This document shows, piece by piece, positions 18,699-31,360 of a stretch of DNA of 64,000 nt; the first letter of the stretch is position 1, and the number at the start of each line of letters is the position of its first letter. Source of the stretch: an uncultured Acidobacteriota bacterium (GTDB lineage Bacteria; Acidobacteriota; Thermoanaerobaculia; UBA5066). The DNA is taken from positions 26,039-90,038 of the forward strand of contig CALAQS010000109.1 of NCBI GenBank assembly GCA_937888435.1, in the 5' to 3' direction. Made by a program: the position numbers and the translations under genes. The notes beneath the pieces are model-generated. The model saw nothing but the letters and a program-made list of their open reading frames with translations, was not told the origin of the DNA and did no database searches.

Positions 18699-19753
18699 GC
18701 CGCTCCTTCCGTGAGCCGGCGGCTCACGTAGCGCGAAAGCTCGCCCACGAGCGGCACGACGCGCGCGTACTTCATCCGGCGCGGCCCGATCACCCCGAGC
18801 ACGCCGATCACGCGGTCGCCACGGCGGTACGGCGCGGAAACGACGGCGCTGCCGGTCTCGTCCGTGAAGGGGCTCTCGGAGCCGATGACGACCGCGAGAG
18901 AGTCGGCCGTGATGCAGTCGGCGAGAAGGCTCACGAGCCGCGCCTTCTCCTCGAACGCGTGAAACATCCGTCGCAGAGCCTCGAGGTCGTTCCGAAACTC
19001 GGGCTTCTCGAGCAGCGACTCGGTGCCCTCCATGTAAACGGCTTCTTCCTGCGGGCCAGTCTCGGCGAAGGCCCGGCGCCCGAGCTCGAGCGCGCGTGCG
19101 AGCGCGCGGTCCATGCGCACCTTCTCTTCTCCCAGCGAGGCGAGGAGGAGGACACGGATTTCGCCGAGGCTCTTTCCGGCGAAGTCGATCGTCAGCCGGT
19201 TCGAGATGCCGTCCAGCTCGGCTTGCGAGAAGTCCTCGCGGGTCTCGATGAGGCGGCTCTCGACGAATCCCGTGTCGGAGACCTCGGCCACGACGATCTT
19301 GCAGTCGGAGAGGCGCGTGAAATGCACGGACTCGAGGACGAAGCTCATCGAGGCGGGAGCCGCCACCACGCCCACCTCTCCCGTCAGACGGCAGAGAACG
19401 CCCGACGTGGCCTTCAGGAAGCGCTCCGTCTCGAACGGCTCGGGCGAGAGCTCGTCGGCGATCCGGGCGCGGTCACTTTCGCTGGGCGCTTGCGCCGGCA
19501 TCAGGTCGCGGACGAACGCCCGGTACCCCAGATCGGTTGGCACGCGGCCGGCCGAGACGTGGGGATGCGTGAGAAAGCCGAGATCCTCGAGGTCCGCCAT
19601 CGCGTTGCGCAGCGACGCCGACGAAAGGCCGAACTTCCCCCCCTTCGTCAGCTGACGCGACGACACGGGGACGGCACTTTCGATGTACGCGACGATCACC
19701 GAGGCGAGAACCTCGCGGGACCTCGCGTCCAAACCCTTGAAATCGTTGGTCAT
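18695..19753 (-). CDS. hrcA: Heat-inducible transcription repressor HrcA.
   Basis: HrcA N-terminal wHTH (REVLASVIVAYIESAVPVSSRQL). First gene of the hrcA-grpE-dnaK-dnaJ operon. Confidence 0.9.
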   Translation of the reverse strand: MTNDFKGLDARSREVLASVIVAYIESAVPVSSRQLTKGGKFGLSSASLRNAMADLEDLGFLTHPHVSAGRVPTDLGYRAFVRDLMPAQAPSESDRARIADELSPEPFETERFLKATSGVLCRLTGEVGVVAAPASMSFVLESVHFTRLSDCKIVVAEVSDTGFVESRLIETREDFSQAELDGISNRLTIDFAGKSLGEIRVLLLASLGEEKVRMDRALARALELGRRAFAETGPQEEAVYMEGTESLLEKPEFRNDLEALRRMFHAFEEKARLVSLLADCITADSLAVVIGSESPFTDETGSAVVSAPYRRGDRVIGVLGVIGPRRMKYARVVPLVGELSRYVSRRLTEGAA

Positions 19754-19787
19754 CGCGGCGCAAGGCCCTCCGCCCCTGCTTGGCTCC

Positions 19788-19816
19788 TTGACGTCACCGG
19801 GAGCGGCTCATGATAT
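19788..19816 (+). promoter_or_regulatory. Candidate sigma70-type promoter for the mglA-like gene (TTGACG-N17-TGATAT).
   Basis: Hexamers at 19788-19793 and 19811-19816 with 17-nt spacing lie in the hrcA/mglA divergent region. The -35 hexamer is part of the 8-bp palindrome TGACGTCA. Confidence 0.4.
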
Positions 19817-19881
19817 CAAAGGTAGTCGCCCTCGGGTGTAAGATCAGATGCCCCTCGGGAGGTCGGCGGAGCCTTATTCCT

Positions 19882-21225
19882 ATGGTTTTCTTCAATTACG
19901 CGACGATGCAGATGGCCGCCAAGATCGTGTATTACGGTCCGGGTCTCTGCGGGAAAACCACGAATCTTCACGTGATTTACGGGCGCACAGCGCCCACCTC
20001 TCGCGGGGAGATGGTCTGCCTGGAGACGGAAACCGACCGGACGCTGTTCTTCGACCTGCTGCCGCTGGACGTCGGTGTCATCGGGGGATTCAAGACCCGC
20101 CTCCAGCTGTACACCGTACCCGGACAGGTTTTCTACAACACGACGCGGAAGCTCGTCCTCAAGGGCGTGGACGGAATCGTGTTCGTGGCCGACTCCCAGC
20201 GGCCTATGAAGGATCCGAACGTCGAGAGTCTTCGCAACCTCCGCGAAAACCTCGCAGAGATCGGCATCTCCCTCGATGCGACTCCCCACGTTTTCCAGTA
20301 CAACAAGCGCGATCTCGCGAACATCCTGACTCTCGACGAGCTGAACGACGCCCTGAACCCGGATGGCGCGGTGGAGTGGTACGAGGCTTCGGCCAGGAAT
20401 GGGACGGGAGTCTTCGAGACCCTCAAGGCGATCTCGAAGCTCACTCTCCGCTCCCTCAAGGGCCGGATGGCGGTCGAGCAGAGACGTCCCGCGGTCGTCG
20501 CGACCGCGACCACTCCCGGTCCCCAGCCGATGATGTCGTCGAAGGCCGCCGCCTCGGGCATCGGCGAGGCCATCGATGCGATGGCGACGACGCAGGCGGT
20601 GATCACGGCTCCTGCCGTGCCCGAAGAAGGCCCCGATTCGACGATCTCCCGGCTCAAGCGTTTCCAGGAGGCCGCCCGGCGACAGAACCGTGATCTCGAG
20701 GCGCGGGACGTCCCCGCCGACACGTCGCCCGCGCTTCTCCTTTCCGCGGAAACCGCGCCTTTCGACGCCGCCAATTACCCGCAGACCGAAGACACGGCCA
20801 GCGAGGTGAGCTTCGCCGAGATCCAGCCTCCGCCGGACGACGTGCCCATGGACTCTTCGATGAAGCACGTGCGCGTGCGCTCGAACGTCGACATCCTTTC
20901 CGAGCTCGAGAAGCTTCGAAAGATCGCGACCCAGCGGCCGGCGATACCAGGTGGCTCCCACAAGAGCAAGAGCGCCGCGGATTTTTCGCTCGACGACCTG
21001 CTCGGATCGGCGCGAAACCATCGGAAGGACGTGGCGCAGTCGTTCGACCTCGAGGTCCCTCGCGACACTCTCGCGAAGACCCGCCACGTGACGGTCGGGC
21101 TCTCGTTCGGCGACGGGGCCGGCGCAGCCCTCGGCTCCGAGAAACGGTTCGACGTGGATTTCGCGGGCCTGAAGGACATCAACAAGCTCCTGCTCTCGCT
21201 GAAGTTCCATGTCAAGGGCGAGTAG
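19882..21225 (+). CDS. mglA: MglA-family Ras-like small GTPase with a ~250-aa low-complexity C-terminal extension.
   Basis: N-terminal ~195 aa carry MglA hallmarks: KIVYYGPGLCGKTTN (P-loop), TETDRTLFFD (switch I), YTVPGQVFY, QYNKRDL (G4). Start taken at ATG 19882 (MVFFNY). An in-frame ATG at 19810 would sit inside the putative -10 hexamer. The ORF runs uninterrupted to 21225. Confidence 0.8.
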   Translation: MVFFNYATMQMAAKIVYYGPGLCGKTTNLHVIYGRTAPTSRGEMVCLETETDRTLFFDLLPLDVGVIGGFKTRLQLYTVPGQVFYNTTRKLVLKGVDGIVFVADSQRPMKDPNVESLRNLRENLAEIGISLDATPHVFQYNKRDLANILTLDELNDALNPDGAVEWYEASARNGTGVFETLKAISKLTLRSLKGRMAVEQRRPAVVATATTPGPQPMMSSKAAASGIGEAIDAMATTQAVITAPAVPEEGPDSTISRLKRFQEAARRQNRDLEARDVPADTSPALLLSAETAPFDAANYPQTEDTASEVSFAEIQPPPDDVPMDSSMKHVRVRSNVDILSELEKLRKIATQRPAIPGGSHKSKSAADFSLDDLLGSARNHRKDVAQSFDLEVPRDTLAKTRHVTVGLSFGDGAGAALGSEKRFDVDFAGLKDINKLLLSLKFHVKGE

Positions 21226-21283
21226 GGCCGCGGGGCGATTGCGCTTGACGTCCCCCTCCCGGGTCGGGTTCACTCCCCAGGCG

Positions 21284-23089
21284 ATGAGAATCCTCCGGCG
21301 GTCTTCCGCCCGGGTCGCGCGCCTCGCGGCCGGGCTCCTGCCTCTCGCGATTGCCGCCTGCTCGGCTGCACCCCGCGAGGCCCCGGTTTCGCGGATGTCG
21401 CCGGCCGAAGACCCGCCGGCGATTGCCGCTGCGCATAAGCTGGCCGCCGAGCAGTTCTACCAGGGCAAATCGCTCGCCCTCGCGGGCGAGAGCGACTGCG
21501 CCCGCGAGGCCTTCCGCGACGCCCTCGAGACGTTCCGGATCGCGTCGCGCCCGGGCAACCCGTCCGACCTCGCGTTCGCGAGCGAGCTCTATGACTCGAT
21601 CGCCCTCTACCGTCCCGCGATCGAGGCTGGCGCGCGCGCGGCCGAGGCCGAGCGTCCGCCCGCCGAGGACCCGCGTGACAGCCTCGTCGCCACGGCGCCG
21701 CTCCCGTCTCCGGACGAGGTCGAGAGGGCCAAGACGGAGGTCGGCTTGGCGGCTTCGGGAACCGGCTTCGACATTCCGATCGTCGTGAACGACGCCGTGC
21801 TCCGGGCCGTCGCCTTCTACCAGTTCCGGACCCCCATGGCCTTCGCGGCGGCCCTCAAGCGAAGCGGGCGCTACCTCGACCTCATGCGCGGCGTCCTCAA
21901 GGAGGAGGGAGTTCCGCAGGATCTCGTCTATGTCGCGATGGTCGAGTCGGCTTTCAAGTACCAGGCTCACTCGCGCGCGGCCGCCCACGGCTTCTGGCAG
22001 TTCATCGCCGGCACGGGTAAGCGTTACGGGCTCAAGCGGAATCGCTCTCTCGACGAGCGGAGCGACCCTGTAAAGTCCACGCGCGCCGCTGCGGCCTATT
22101 TCCGCGACCTCTACGAGATGTTCGGGGACTGGCACCTCGCGATGGCCGCGTACGACGCGGGCGAGGGCCGGATCCTGAAAGGCCTCCAGCGCACCGGCGC
22201 GCGCGACTTCTGGGAGCTCGCGACGGGCAACAGTCTCCGGCGCGAAACACGCGACTACGTGCCGTTCATTCTCGCGACGGCGCTCATCGCGAAGGATCCG
22301 GCACGCTTCGGTTTCGACGTCGTTCCCGATCCGCCGCTCGCCTGGGACACGGTGACGGTCCGTAAGCCGGTCGATCTCGCGCGCGTGGCCGAGCTCACGC
22401 TGGCGACGCTGCCTGAGCTCCAGCTTCTCAACAGCGAGCTCAGGACGCGCACGACTCCGCACGGAGTCCTTGCATACGACGTGCGCGTCCCCGCCGGCTC
22501 GGCCGCTCTTCTGGCGTCGCGGATCGCCGCGCTTCCGGCCGCGCCGGCGGTCGTCGAGAAGCGCGTCGTCGTCAGGAAGGGCGACACGCTCCTGAAAATC
22601 GCGAAACGGGCGGGCGTGTCCGTGACCGAGCTGTGCGACTGGAACGACCTGCCCCGCACGGCCCGCCCGAAGAAGGGCACCGTTCTCGTCGTGCCCGGCA
22701 AGCGCGGGACCGCCCGGCCACGCGAGGCGCTCGCCTCGGCGTCCCCCGCATCCCGGGGCGAGATCCGCGGGGTTCCGACGCCCGCGGCGGCGGTCACGTC
22801 GGCATCTCTCGTCGGGCCTTACACGTCATCGGTTCCGCCCACGACGGCCTCACGAACCACCGAGGCGCCACCCGCCGCCGTCGCGATTCCCGCGGAGGGG
22901 TTCGTCGACACGCCTTCGCGCGGGACCCGCGTCGTCCGCCATACCGTCAAGAAAGGCGACACGCTTTTCGCGATCGCCTCGCACTACGGCGTGAGCGTGG
23001 GCGAGATCCAGCGCCAGAACCGCATCCGCTCTCCACACGCGCTCAAGGCAGGGCAGACGCTCGTCCTCTCGCTCGCTGCATTGAACTGA
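21284..23089 (+). CDS. Membrane-bound lytic murein transglycosylase D-like lipoprotein (SLT domain plus two C-terminal LysM domains).
   Basis: Lipobox LAIAAC. SLT motifs (VESAFKYQAHSRAAAHGFWQF, AYDAGEG). Two LysM repeats (VVRKGDTLLKIAKRAGVSV, HTVKKGDTLFAIASHYGVSV). Confidence 0.8.
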   Translation: MRILRRSSARVARLAAGLLPLAIAACSAAPREAPVSRMSPAEDPPAIAAAHKLAAEQFYQGKSLALAGESDCAREAFRDALETFRIASRPGNPSDLAFASELYDSIALYRPAIEAGARAAEAERPPAEDPRDSLVATAPLPSPDEVERAKTEVGLAASGTGFDIPIVVNDAVLRAVAFYQFRTPMAFAAALKRSGRYLDLMRGVLKEEGVPQDLVYVAMVESAFKYQAHSRAAAHGFWQFIAGTGKRYGLKRNRSLDERSDPVKSTRAAAAYFRDLYEMFGDWHLAMAAYDAGEGRILKGLQRTGARDFWELATGNSLRRETRDYVPFILATALIAKDPARFGFDVVPDPPLAWDTVTVRKPVDLARVAELTLATLPELQLLNSELRTRTTPHGVLAYDVRVPAGSAALLASRIAALPAAPAVVEKRVVVRKGDTLLKIAKRAGVSVTELCDWNDLPRTARPKKGTVLVVPGKRGTARPREALASASPASRGEIRGVPTPAAAVTSASLVGPYTSSVPPTTASRTTEAPPAAVAIPAEGFVDTPSRGTRVVRHTVKKGDTLFAIASHYGVSVGEIQRQNRIRSPHALKAGQTLVLSLAALN

Positions 23090-23100
23090 CGAGGGGGACG

Positions 23101-24627
23101 ATGACCGTCGCCCGCGCGTACTCGGCGACGGTCGCCGGCCTCGAGGGCATGACCGTCATCGTGGAGGCCGCGATCGGGGCGGGCCTTCCCGGCCTCACGA
23201 TCGTGGGCCTTCCGGACGCGGCCGTGAAGGAGTGCCGCGAGCGCGTTCGCTCGGCGCTCCGGCACGTCGGATTCCCGATGCCGTCCAAGAACATCGTCGT
23301 GAATCTGGCACCGGCCGACCTCCCGAAATCGGGCACAGCCCTGGACCTCGCCGTCGCGCTCGCGATCCTCGCCGCGAACGGAGATTTGCCCGCCGAGGCG
23401 CTCGCGAAGACGACTCTCGTCGGAGAGCTCGCCCTCGACGGGGAGCTCCGGAGCGTGCCTGGCGTTCTGTCGTTTGCCGAGACGTCGCGCCGGGAAGAGC
23501 GGGCTCTCCTCGTTCCACCCGAGAACGCGGAGGAGGCGGCCGCCGTCCCGTCTCTCCACGTTTTCGCGGCACCGCACCTCGGCGCGGCAATCGCCCATCT
23601 CCTCGGGCGGCAGGTCCTCCCGCGCGTCGTGCCTTCCGCCGTTCCCCCGCCGCTCCCGGGATCCGAGCCGGACCTCGCGGACGTGAGGGGCCAGGCCGTC
23701 GCGCGCCGCGCCTTGGAGATCGCCGCCGCGGGCGGGCACAACATCCTGTTTTCCGGCCCTCCCGGCTCCGGCAAGACGATGCTGGCGCGAAGGCTTCCCG
23801 GAATCCTCCCGCCGCTCTCGCGCGAGGAGAGCCTCGAAGCGACGCGCGTCTGGAGCGTCGCGGGCCGTCTTCCCGCGGGAAGCGGACTCCTCACGCAGCG
23901 CCCGTTCCGCGCTCCACATCACGGCGCGTCGGCGGCGGCGCTCGCTGGCGGAGGAGTCGACCCGCGCCCCGGGGAGCTCTCGCTCGCGCACTTCGGCGTC
24001 CTCTTCCTCGACGAGCTGCCCGAGTTCCGAAGGGACGCGCTCGAAGCGCTGCGCGAGCCTCTCGAAGACGGCGTCGTCTCCGTCGCCCGCGTGGCCGGAG
24101 CGCGCACGTTTCCGGCCCGCTTCCTCCTCGTCGGCGCGATGAATCCGTGCCCGTGCGGCTTTCGCGGGGACCCGCGGCGCGCCTGCTCGTGCTCGCCGCG
24201 CGACGTGGCGCGCTACCGCCGGAAGATCTCCGGGCCGCTCCTCGACCGCATCGACCTCCACGTCGAGGTGCCGGCGCTCGCCGCGACGGACCTCGGCACC
24301 GAGGGCGACGGCGAGACGTCGGCCGCCGTCCGGGCGCGGGTCGAGGCCGCGCGGGTGCGACAGGCGGCGCGCGCCGGCGACCCCCGCCTCGTGAACGCGG
24401 CCGTTCAGGGCCGCCTCGCCCGCTCGATTCTGAAGACGACGCCCGATGCCCGTGCGCTCCTGACTCGCGCCGTGGACCGCCTCACACTTTCGGCGAGGGG
24501 TTTCCAGCGCGTTCTGCGCGTTGCCCGGACAATCGCGGACCTCCAGGAGGCGGCCGTGATCCAGCCCGCGCACGTGGCCGAGGCCCTTCGCTATCGTCCC
24601 GTCTCTGACCCGGCCGGTACGACTTAG
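23101..24627 (+). CDS. comM: YifB/ComM-family Mg-chelatase-like AAA+ ATPase.
   Basis: ChlI/YifB N-domain, Walker A GPPGSGKT and a C-terminal Mg-chelatase C domain. RBS GAGGGGGA precedes the ATG. Confidence 0.88.
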   Translation: MTVARAYSATVAGLEGMTVIVEAAIGAGLPGLTIVGLPDAAVKECRERVRSALRHVGFPMPSKNIVVNLAPADLPKSGTALDLAVALAILAANGDLPAEALAKTTLVGELALDGELRSVPGVLSFAETSRREERALLVPPENAEEAAAVPSLHVFAAPHLGAAIAHLLGRQVLPRVVPSAVPPPLPGSEPDLADVRGQAVARRALEIAAAGGHNILFSGPPGSGKTMLARRLPGILPPLSREESLEATRVWSVAGRLPAGSGLLTQRPFRAPHHGASAAALAGGGVDPRPGELSLAHFGVLFLDELPEFRRDALEALREPLEDGVVSVARVAGARTFPARFLLVGAMNPCPCGFRGDPRRACSCSPRDVARYRRKISGPLLDRIDLHVEVPALAATDLGTEGDGETSAAVRARVEAARVRQAARAGDPRLVNAAVQGRLARSILKTTPDARALLTRAVDRLTLSARGFQRVLRVARTIADLQEAAVIQPAHVAEALRYRPVSDPAGTT

Positions 24628-24736
24628 CCGCCGCTTTGTCAATGAGTTGGATGAGGGACGCGTTTCTCCCTTGACAGGTCCGCCACGCGGATTAAGATTT
24701 CCATCGTTCAATCGTTGGCCTTCGTGGTGTAAGGCT

Positions 24737-25642
24737 ATGCGTGTGTTTGCGGGAAGGAAACGGATGCCGAGAAGAGAGCACACCATCATCTTCCTGCCCC
24801 ACGCTAGGGCGCGTTTCCGGCAGTTCCGCGTCTCCTCGCGGCTTCTCTGGTGCTTGGGCGTCTCTTTCGGCCTCGCGGTCGTCCTCGGCGTGACCTTCTC
24901 CGTCCTGTGGGTCCGCTCGATCCGCAGGAACAGAGAAGTCACCGCCATTCTGGCCGAGAACTCGGACTTGAGGTCGCGGGCGGCTCTCACGAATACGCGC
25001 CTCGAGTCGATCGAGAAGATGCTCGCCGACTTCGAGGATCGCACGCGCCGTCTGTCGATCGTCGCCGGGCTGTCGGCGGTGCGGGATCCCGGCATGGGCG
25101 GCGTCGGCGGCCTCACGGCGGTGCCCGTGAACCCCGCGGATTCCGTCGAGTCGGGCCTCAGCGAGGCCGGGCGCCGCGGCGCCCTCCTGTCGTCGCGCCT
25201 GAAGGTCGTCGAGAAGAAGCTCTTCCTGCAGGCCGACCAGCTCGCCCTGACACCCAGCATCGCCCCCGCCGTCGGCGTGCTGACGGCGGGCTTCGGGGCG
25301 CGCCCCGACCCGTTCACGAACCACTCCGAATTTCACACCGGCATCGACATCTCGACTCCCGCCGGGAATCGCGTCGTCGCTCCGGCGTCCGGCACGGTCG
25401 TGCGCGTGGGCTGGGACCAGGGCTACGGCCGCTTCCTGGAGATCGCCCACGGCTACGGCGTCACGACGCTGTATGGGCACCTTCAGGCAGCGCGAGTGGC
25501 CGAGGGCCAGCGCGTCAAGCGCGGAGACCTCGTGGCGCTCGTCGGCTCCACGGGCCGCTCCACCGGGCCGCACCTCCATTACGAGGTGCACGCCGACGGC
25601 AAACCGGTGAACCCGCTCGACTACGTTTTGAACGCTTTCTGA
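24737..25642 (+). CDS. M23-family peptidoglycan metalloendopeptidase with an N-terminal membrane anchor.
   Basis: M23 motifs HTGIDI and HLHYEVH, one TM helix and a coiled-coil. The alternative start ATG at 24764 has a better RBS (GGAAGGAAAC). Confidence 0.8.
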   Translation: MRVFAGRKRMPRREHTIIFLPHARARFRQFRVSSRLLWCLGVSFGLAVVLGVTFSVLWVRSIRRNREVTAILAENSDLRSRAALTNTRLESIEKMLADFEDRTRRLSIVAGLSAVRDPGMGGVGGLTAVPVNPADSVESGLSEAGRRGALLSSRLKVVEKKLFLQADQLALTPSIAPAVGVLTAGFGARPDPFTNHSEFHTGIDISTPAGNRVVAPASGTVVRVGWDQGYGRFLEIAHGYGVTTLYGHLQAARVAEGQRVKRGDLVALVGSTGRSTGPHLHYEVHADGKPVNPLDYVLNAF

Positions 25643-25714
25643 CGGCTTCGCCTCCCCGCCTCTACCTGCTAAACTGATTTTTTGCGCGTCCTCTTCTGGG
25701 CGTGCATTCCTCGC

Positions 25715-28555
<2,841 letters not shown>

Positions 28556-28601
28556 CGGGGCAGACGAAAGAGGCCATCCACCGTCTGTGGTATGAATCCC
28601 C

Positions 28602-30074
28602 ATGGTGAATGACCGGGAAATCCCGCTCGCCCTCACGTTCGACGACGTCCTCCTCCTCCCCGCCCGCTCGAAAGTCCATCCCGCCGAAACCGACCTGAAG
28701 ACGCGGCTCGCACCAGGGATCGGGCTGAACATCCCCATCCTTTCGGCCGCGATGGACACGGTCACCGAGTCGCGCCTCGCGATCGCGATGGCGCAGAACG
28801 GCGGGCTGGGCGTCATCCACAAGAACCTCACGATCGATTCGCAGGCCGCCGAGGTCGACAAGGTGAAGCGTTCGGAGAGCGGAATGATCGTCGACCCCGT
28901 CACCTGCCGCCCGACCCAGAGGATCTCGGAAGCGCTCGAGGTCATGGCGAACTTCCGGATCTCGGGGGTGCCGGTCGTGGACGACCGCGGCAAGCTCGTC
29001 GGCATCCTGACGAATCGCGATCTGCGCTTCGAGACGCGCATGGACCTCCCGATCTCCGAGCGCATGACGAAGGAGAACCTCGTGACGTGCCCGCCGGGCA
29101 CGACGCTCGAGCAGGCCAAGGAGCTGCTTCACCGCCACCGCATCGAGAAGCTGCTCGTCGTGGACCGCGCCGGCAACCTCAAGGGCCTCATCACGGTCAA
29201 GGACATCCAGAAGCAGATCAAGTACCCGAGCGCGTGCAAGGACTCGTTCGGCCGCCTGCGTGTGGCCGCGGCGGTGGGCGCGACCACCGATCTCCTAGAC
29301 CGGGCCCGGGAGCTCGTCGCGGCGAAGGTGGATCTCCTCGTGCTCGACTCCTCGCACGGCCACAGCGAAGGCGTGCTGGAGGCGCTCTCGTCCCTGAAGA
29401 AGAAGTTCCCGTCCGTCCCTGTTCTCGCGGGCAACGTGGCGACGGCGGAAGGGACGCGCGATCTCGTGCGCCGGGGGGCCGACGCCGTGAAGATCGGCAT
29501 CGGGCCCGGCTCCATCTGCACGACGCGCGTCGTCACGGGCGCCGGTGTGCCACAGATCCACGCGATCCAGGAATGCGTCAAGGGCGCCGCGAAGTCGAAC
29601 ATCTCCCTCGTGGCCGACGGCGGCATCAAGTTCTCGGGCGATGTCACGAAGGCGCTCGCCGCGGGCGCGCATTCCGTGATGATCGGGAGCCTCTTCGCGG
29701 GCACGGACGAAGCGCCCGGCGAGACGATTCTTTATCAGGGCCGCACGTTCAAGGCGTATCGCGGCATGGGCTCGCTCGGCGCGATGAAGCTGGGCTCCGC
29801 CGACCGGTACTTCCAGGACGAGGAAGAGCCGCGAAAGCTCGTGCCGGAGGGTATAGAGGGCATGGTTCCCCACAAGGGACCCGTTTCGACGCTCCTCACG
29901 CAGCTGACGGGCGGCGTGCGCTCGGGCATGGGCCTCGCGGGCGCCGCGACCCTCCCGGAGCTCGTGAGAAAGGCGCGGTTCGTGCGCATCACGGCGGCGG
30001 GCCTCCGCGAGAGCCACGCCCACGACGTGATCATCACGAAGGAAGCGCCGAACTACAGGCGCGAAGAGATCTGA
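28602..30074 (+). CDS. guaB: IMP dehydrogenase.
   Basis: TIM-barrel IMPDH with a CBS pair and the catalytic loop [11 protein letters not shown]. Confidence 0.95.
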   Translation: MVNDREIPLALTFDDVLLLPARSKVHPAETDLKTRLAPGIGLNIPILSAAMDTVTESRLAIAMAQNGGLGVIHKNLTIDSQAAEVDKVKRSESGMIVDPVTCRPTQRISEALEVMANFRISGVPVVDDRGKLVGILTNRDLRFETRMDLPISERMTKENLVTCPPGTTLEQAKELLHRHRIEKLLVVDRAGNLKGLITVKDIQKQIKYPSACKDSFGRLRVAAAVGATTDLLDRARELVAAKVDLLVLDSSHGHSEGVLEALSSLKKKFPSVPVLAGNVATAEGTRDLVRRGADAVKIGIGPGSICTTRVVTGAGVPQIHAIQECVKGAAKSNISLVADGGIKFSGDVTKALAAGAHSVMIGSLFAGTDEAPGETILYQGRTFKAYRGMGSLGAMKLGSADRYFQDEEEPRKLVPEGIEGMVPHKGPVSTLLTQLTGGVRSGMGLAGAATLPELVRKARFVRITAAGLRESHAHDVIITKEAPNYRREEI

Positions 30075-30823
30075 GCGAGCTCTCCTTCAAGGACCACTTC
30101 TCCGGCCACGCAAGCGATTACGCCCGCTACCGGCCCACGTACCCGCCCGAGCTCTTCCGGACCGTCGCGGCTCTGACGCCGCGGCACGAGCGCTGCTGGG
30201 ACGCTGGTACTGGGAACGGGCAGGCCGCCGTCCCTCTCGCGGAGCACTTCGCCGAGGTCGTCGCGACGGACGCGAGCGCCGACCAGATCGCCCACGCGAC
30301 GCCGCACCCGCGTGTCACCTACCGCGTGACGCCTGCCGAGAGGTCGGGCCTGAAAGGCGGATGGGCCGACCTCGTGACCGTCGGGCAGGCGGTTCATTGG
30401 TTCGATCAGAGGAGATTCTTCGAGGAGGTGAAGAGGGTCGGCGTGCCTGGAGGCGCCATCGCGGTGTGGGCATACGATCTCTTTGATCTGGAGGGCGAGG
30501 CCGGAGCGGCTGTTCGCCGCTTTCACGCCCGCGTCGAGCCGTTCTGGCCCCCGGAACGCGCGCTCGTCGCACTTCGCTATGCTGATCTCGTCATTCCATT
30601 CGAGGAAATTCCCGTCCCGCGCGTGGCCATGACCGCGCAATGGGATCTCGAACGAATGCTCGGATATCTTTCCACCTGGTCGGCGGTCAAAGCGTTCGAA
30701 AGGGCGAACCGGGAGAATCCGGTCGAGACCCACCGGGCAGAGCTGACCGGGGCCTGGGGCGACCCTGCCGACGAGAAGACAATCACCTGGCCTCTCGTCC
30801 TTCGCGCGGGAAGGATCGGCTAG
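30071..30823 (+). CDS. Class I SAM-dependent methyltransferase.
   Basis: Motif [11 protein letters not shown]. No ATG or GTG lies near the guaB stop in this frame, so the start is uncertain and the coordinate given is the first in-frame codon after that stop. Confidence 0.55.
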   Translation: MSELSFKDHFSGHASDYARYRPTYPPELFRTVAALTPRHERCWDAGTGNGQAAVPLAEHFAEVVATDASADQIAHATPHPRVTYRVTPAERSGLKGGWADLVTVGQAVHWFDQRRFFEEVKRVGVPGGAIAVWAYDLFDLEGEAGAAVRRFHARVEPFWPPERALVALRYADLVIPFEEIPVPRVAMTAQWDLERMLGYLSTWSAVKAFERANRENPVETHRAELTGAWGDPADEKTITWPLVLRAGRIG

Positions 30824-30842
30824 AACGAAGGGCAGCAGCAAG

Positions 30843-31292
30843 ATGCAGTTTCCCGACCTCATTCCGATTCTTCAGGTCGCCATCGGCCCGGTCATCCTCA
30901 TCTCGGGCGTCGGCCTCCTGCTCCTCACCATGAGTAACCGGCTCGGTCGCATCTTCGATCGCACGCGGCAACTCTCGCAGGAGCTCCGTCTCGCCCAGTC
31001 TGCGGAGCCAGACCGCGCCGTCGCACAGCTCACCATTCTTCTCACTCGGGCGCGCATCGTACGCGCCGCAATAGCGGCGGCCTCAATCAGCGTCCTTCTT
31101 GCAGCCTTGCTCATCATCGTCATTTTCGTCGGCGCCCTGTTCAAGCTGTCATTTGCCGCGGCTGTCGTGGGCCTGTTCTCCTCGTGCCTGGCGTCCCTTA
31201 TCGGCTCACTTCTCTTGTTCATCAGGGACATCAACTTGTCACTCAAGGCTCTCCGTCTCGAAGTCGGTACAGCGGGCGACCGCGCTGCCTAG
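30843..31292 (+). CDS. DUF2721-like small membrane protein.
   Basis: Two predicted TM helices. ILISGVGLLLLTMSNRLGRIFDRTRQL matches the DUF2721 pattern from memory. Confidence 0.55.
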   Translation: MQFPDLIPILQVAIGPVILISGVGLLLLTMSNRLGRIFDRTRQLSQELRLAQSAEPDRAVAQLTILLTRARIVRAAIAAASISVLLAALLIIVIFVGALFKLSFAAAVVGLFSSCLASLIGSLLLFIRDINLSLKALRLEVGTAGDRAA

Positions 31293-31360
31293 CCCAGTGC
31301 TCCAGCGGAGTCGCTTGCGCCCGCCGCCGACCTCGATATCGTGAGGTGCCACGAGCTACA

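Noticed and set aside
19788-19795. TGACGTCA perfect palindrome considered as a standalone regulator-binding site.
   Set aside because: It is more simply explained as containing the -35 hexamer TTGACG of a sigma70-like promoter with correctly spaced TGATAT. It could still be dual-purpose, but there is no support for that.
19810-19881. Upstream in-frame ATG at 19810 as the mglA-like start.
   Set aside because: The added 24 residues have no counterpart in MglA proteins, and the ATG falls inside the putative -10 hexamer. ATG 19882 gives the canonical MglA N-terminus, although its RBS is weak, so the start remains uncertain.
25682-25714. secA starting at the TTG at 25682.
   Set aside because: The SecA N-terminus conventionally starts at the [12 protein letters not shown]-type sequence, and the ATG at 25715 matches this.
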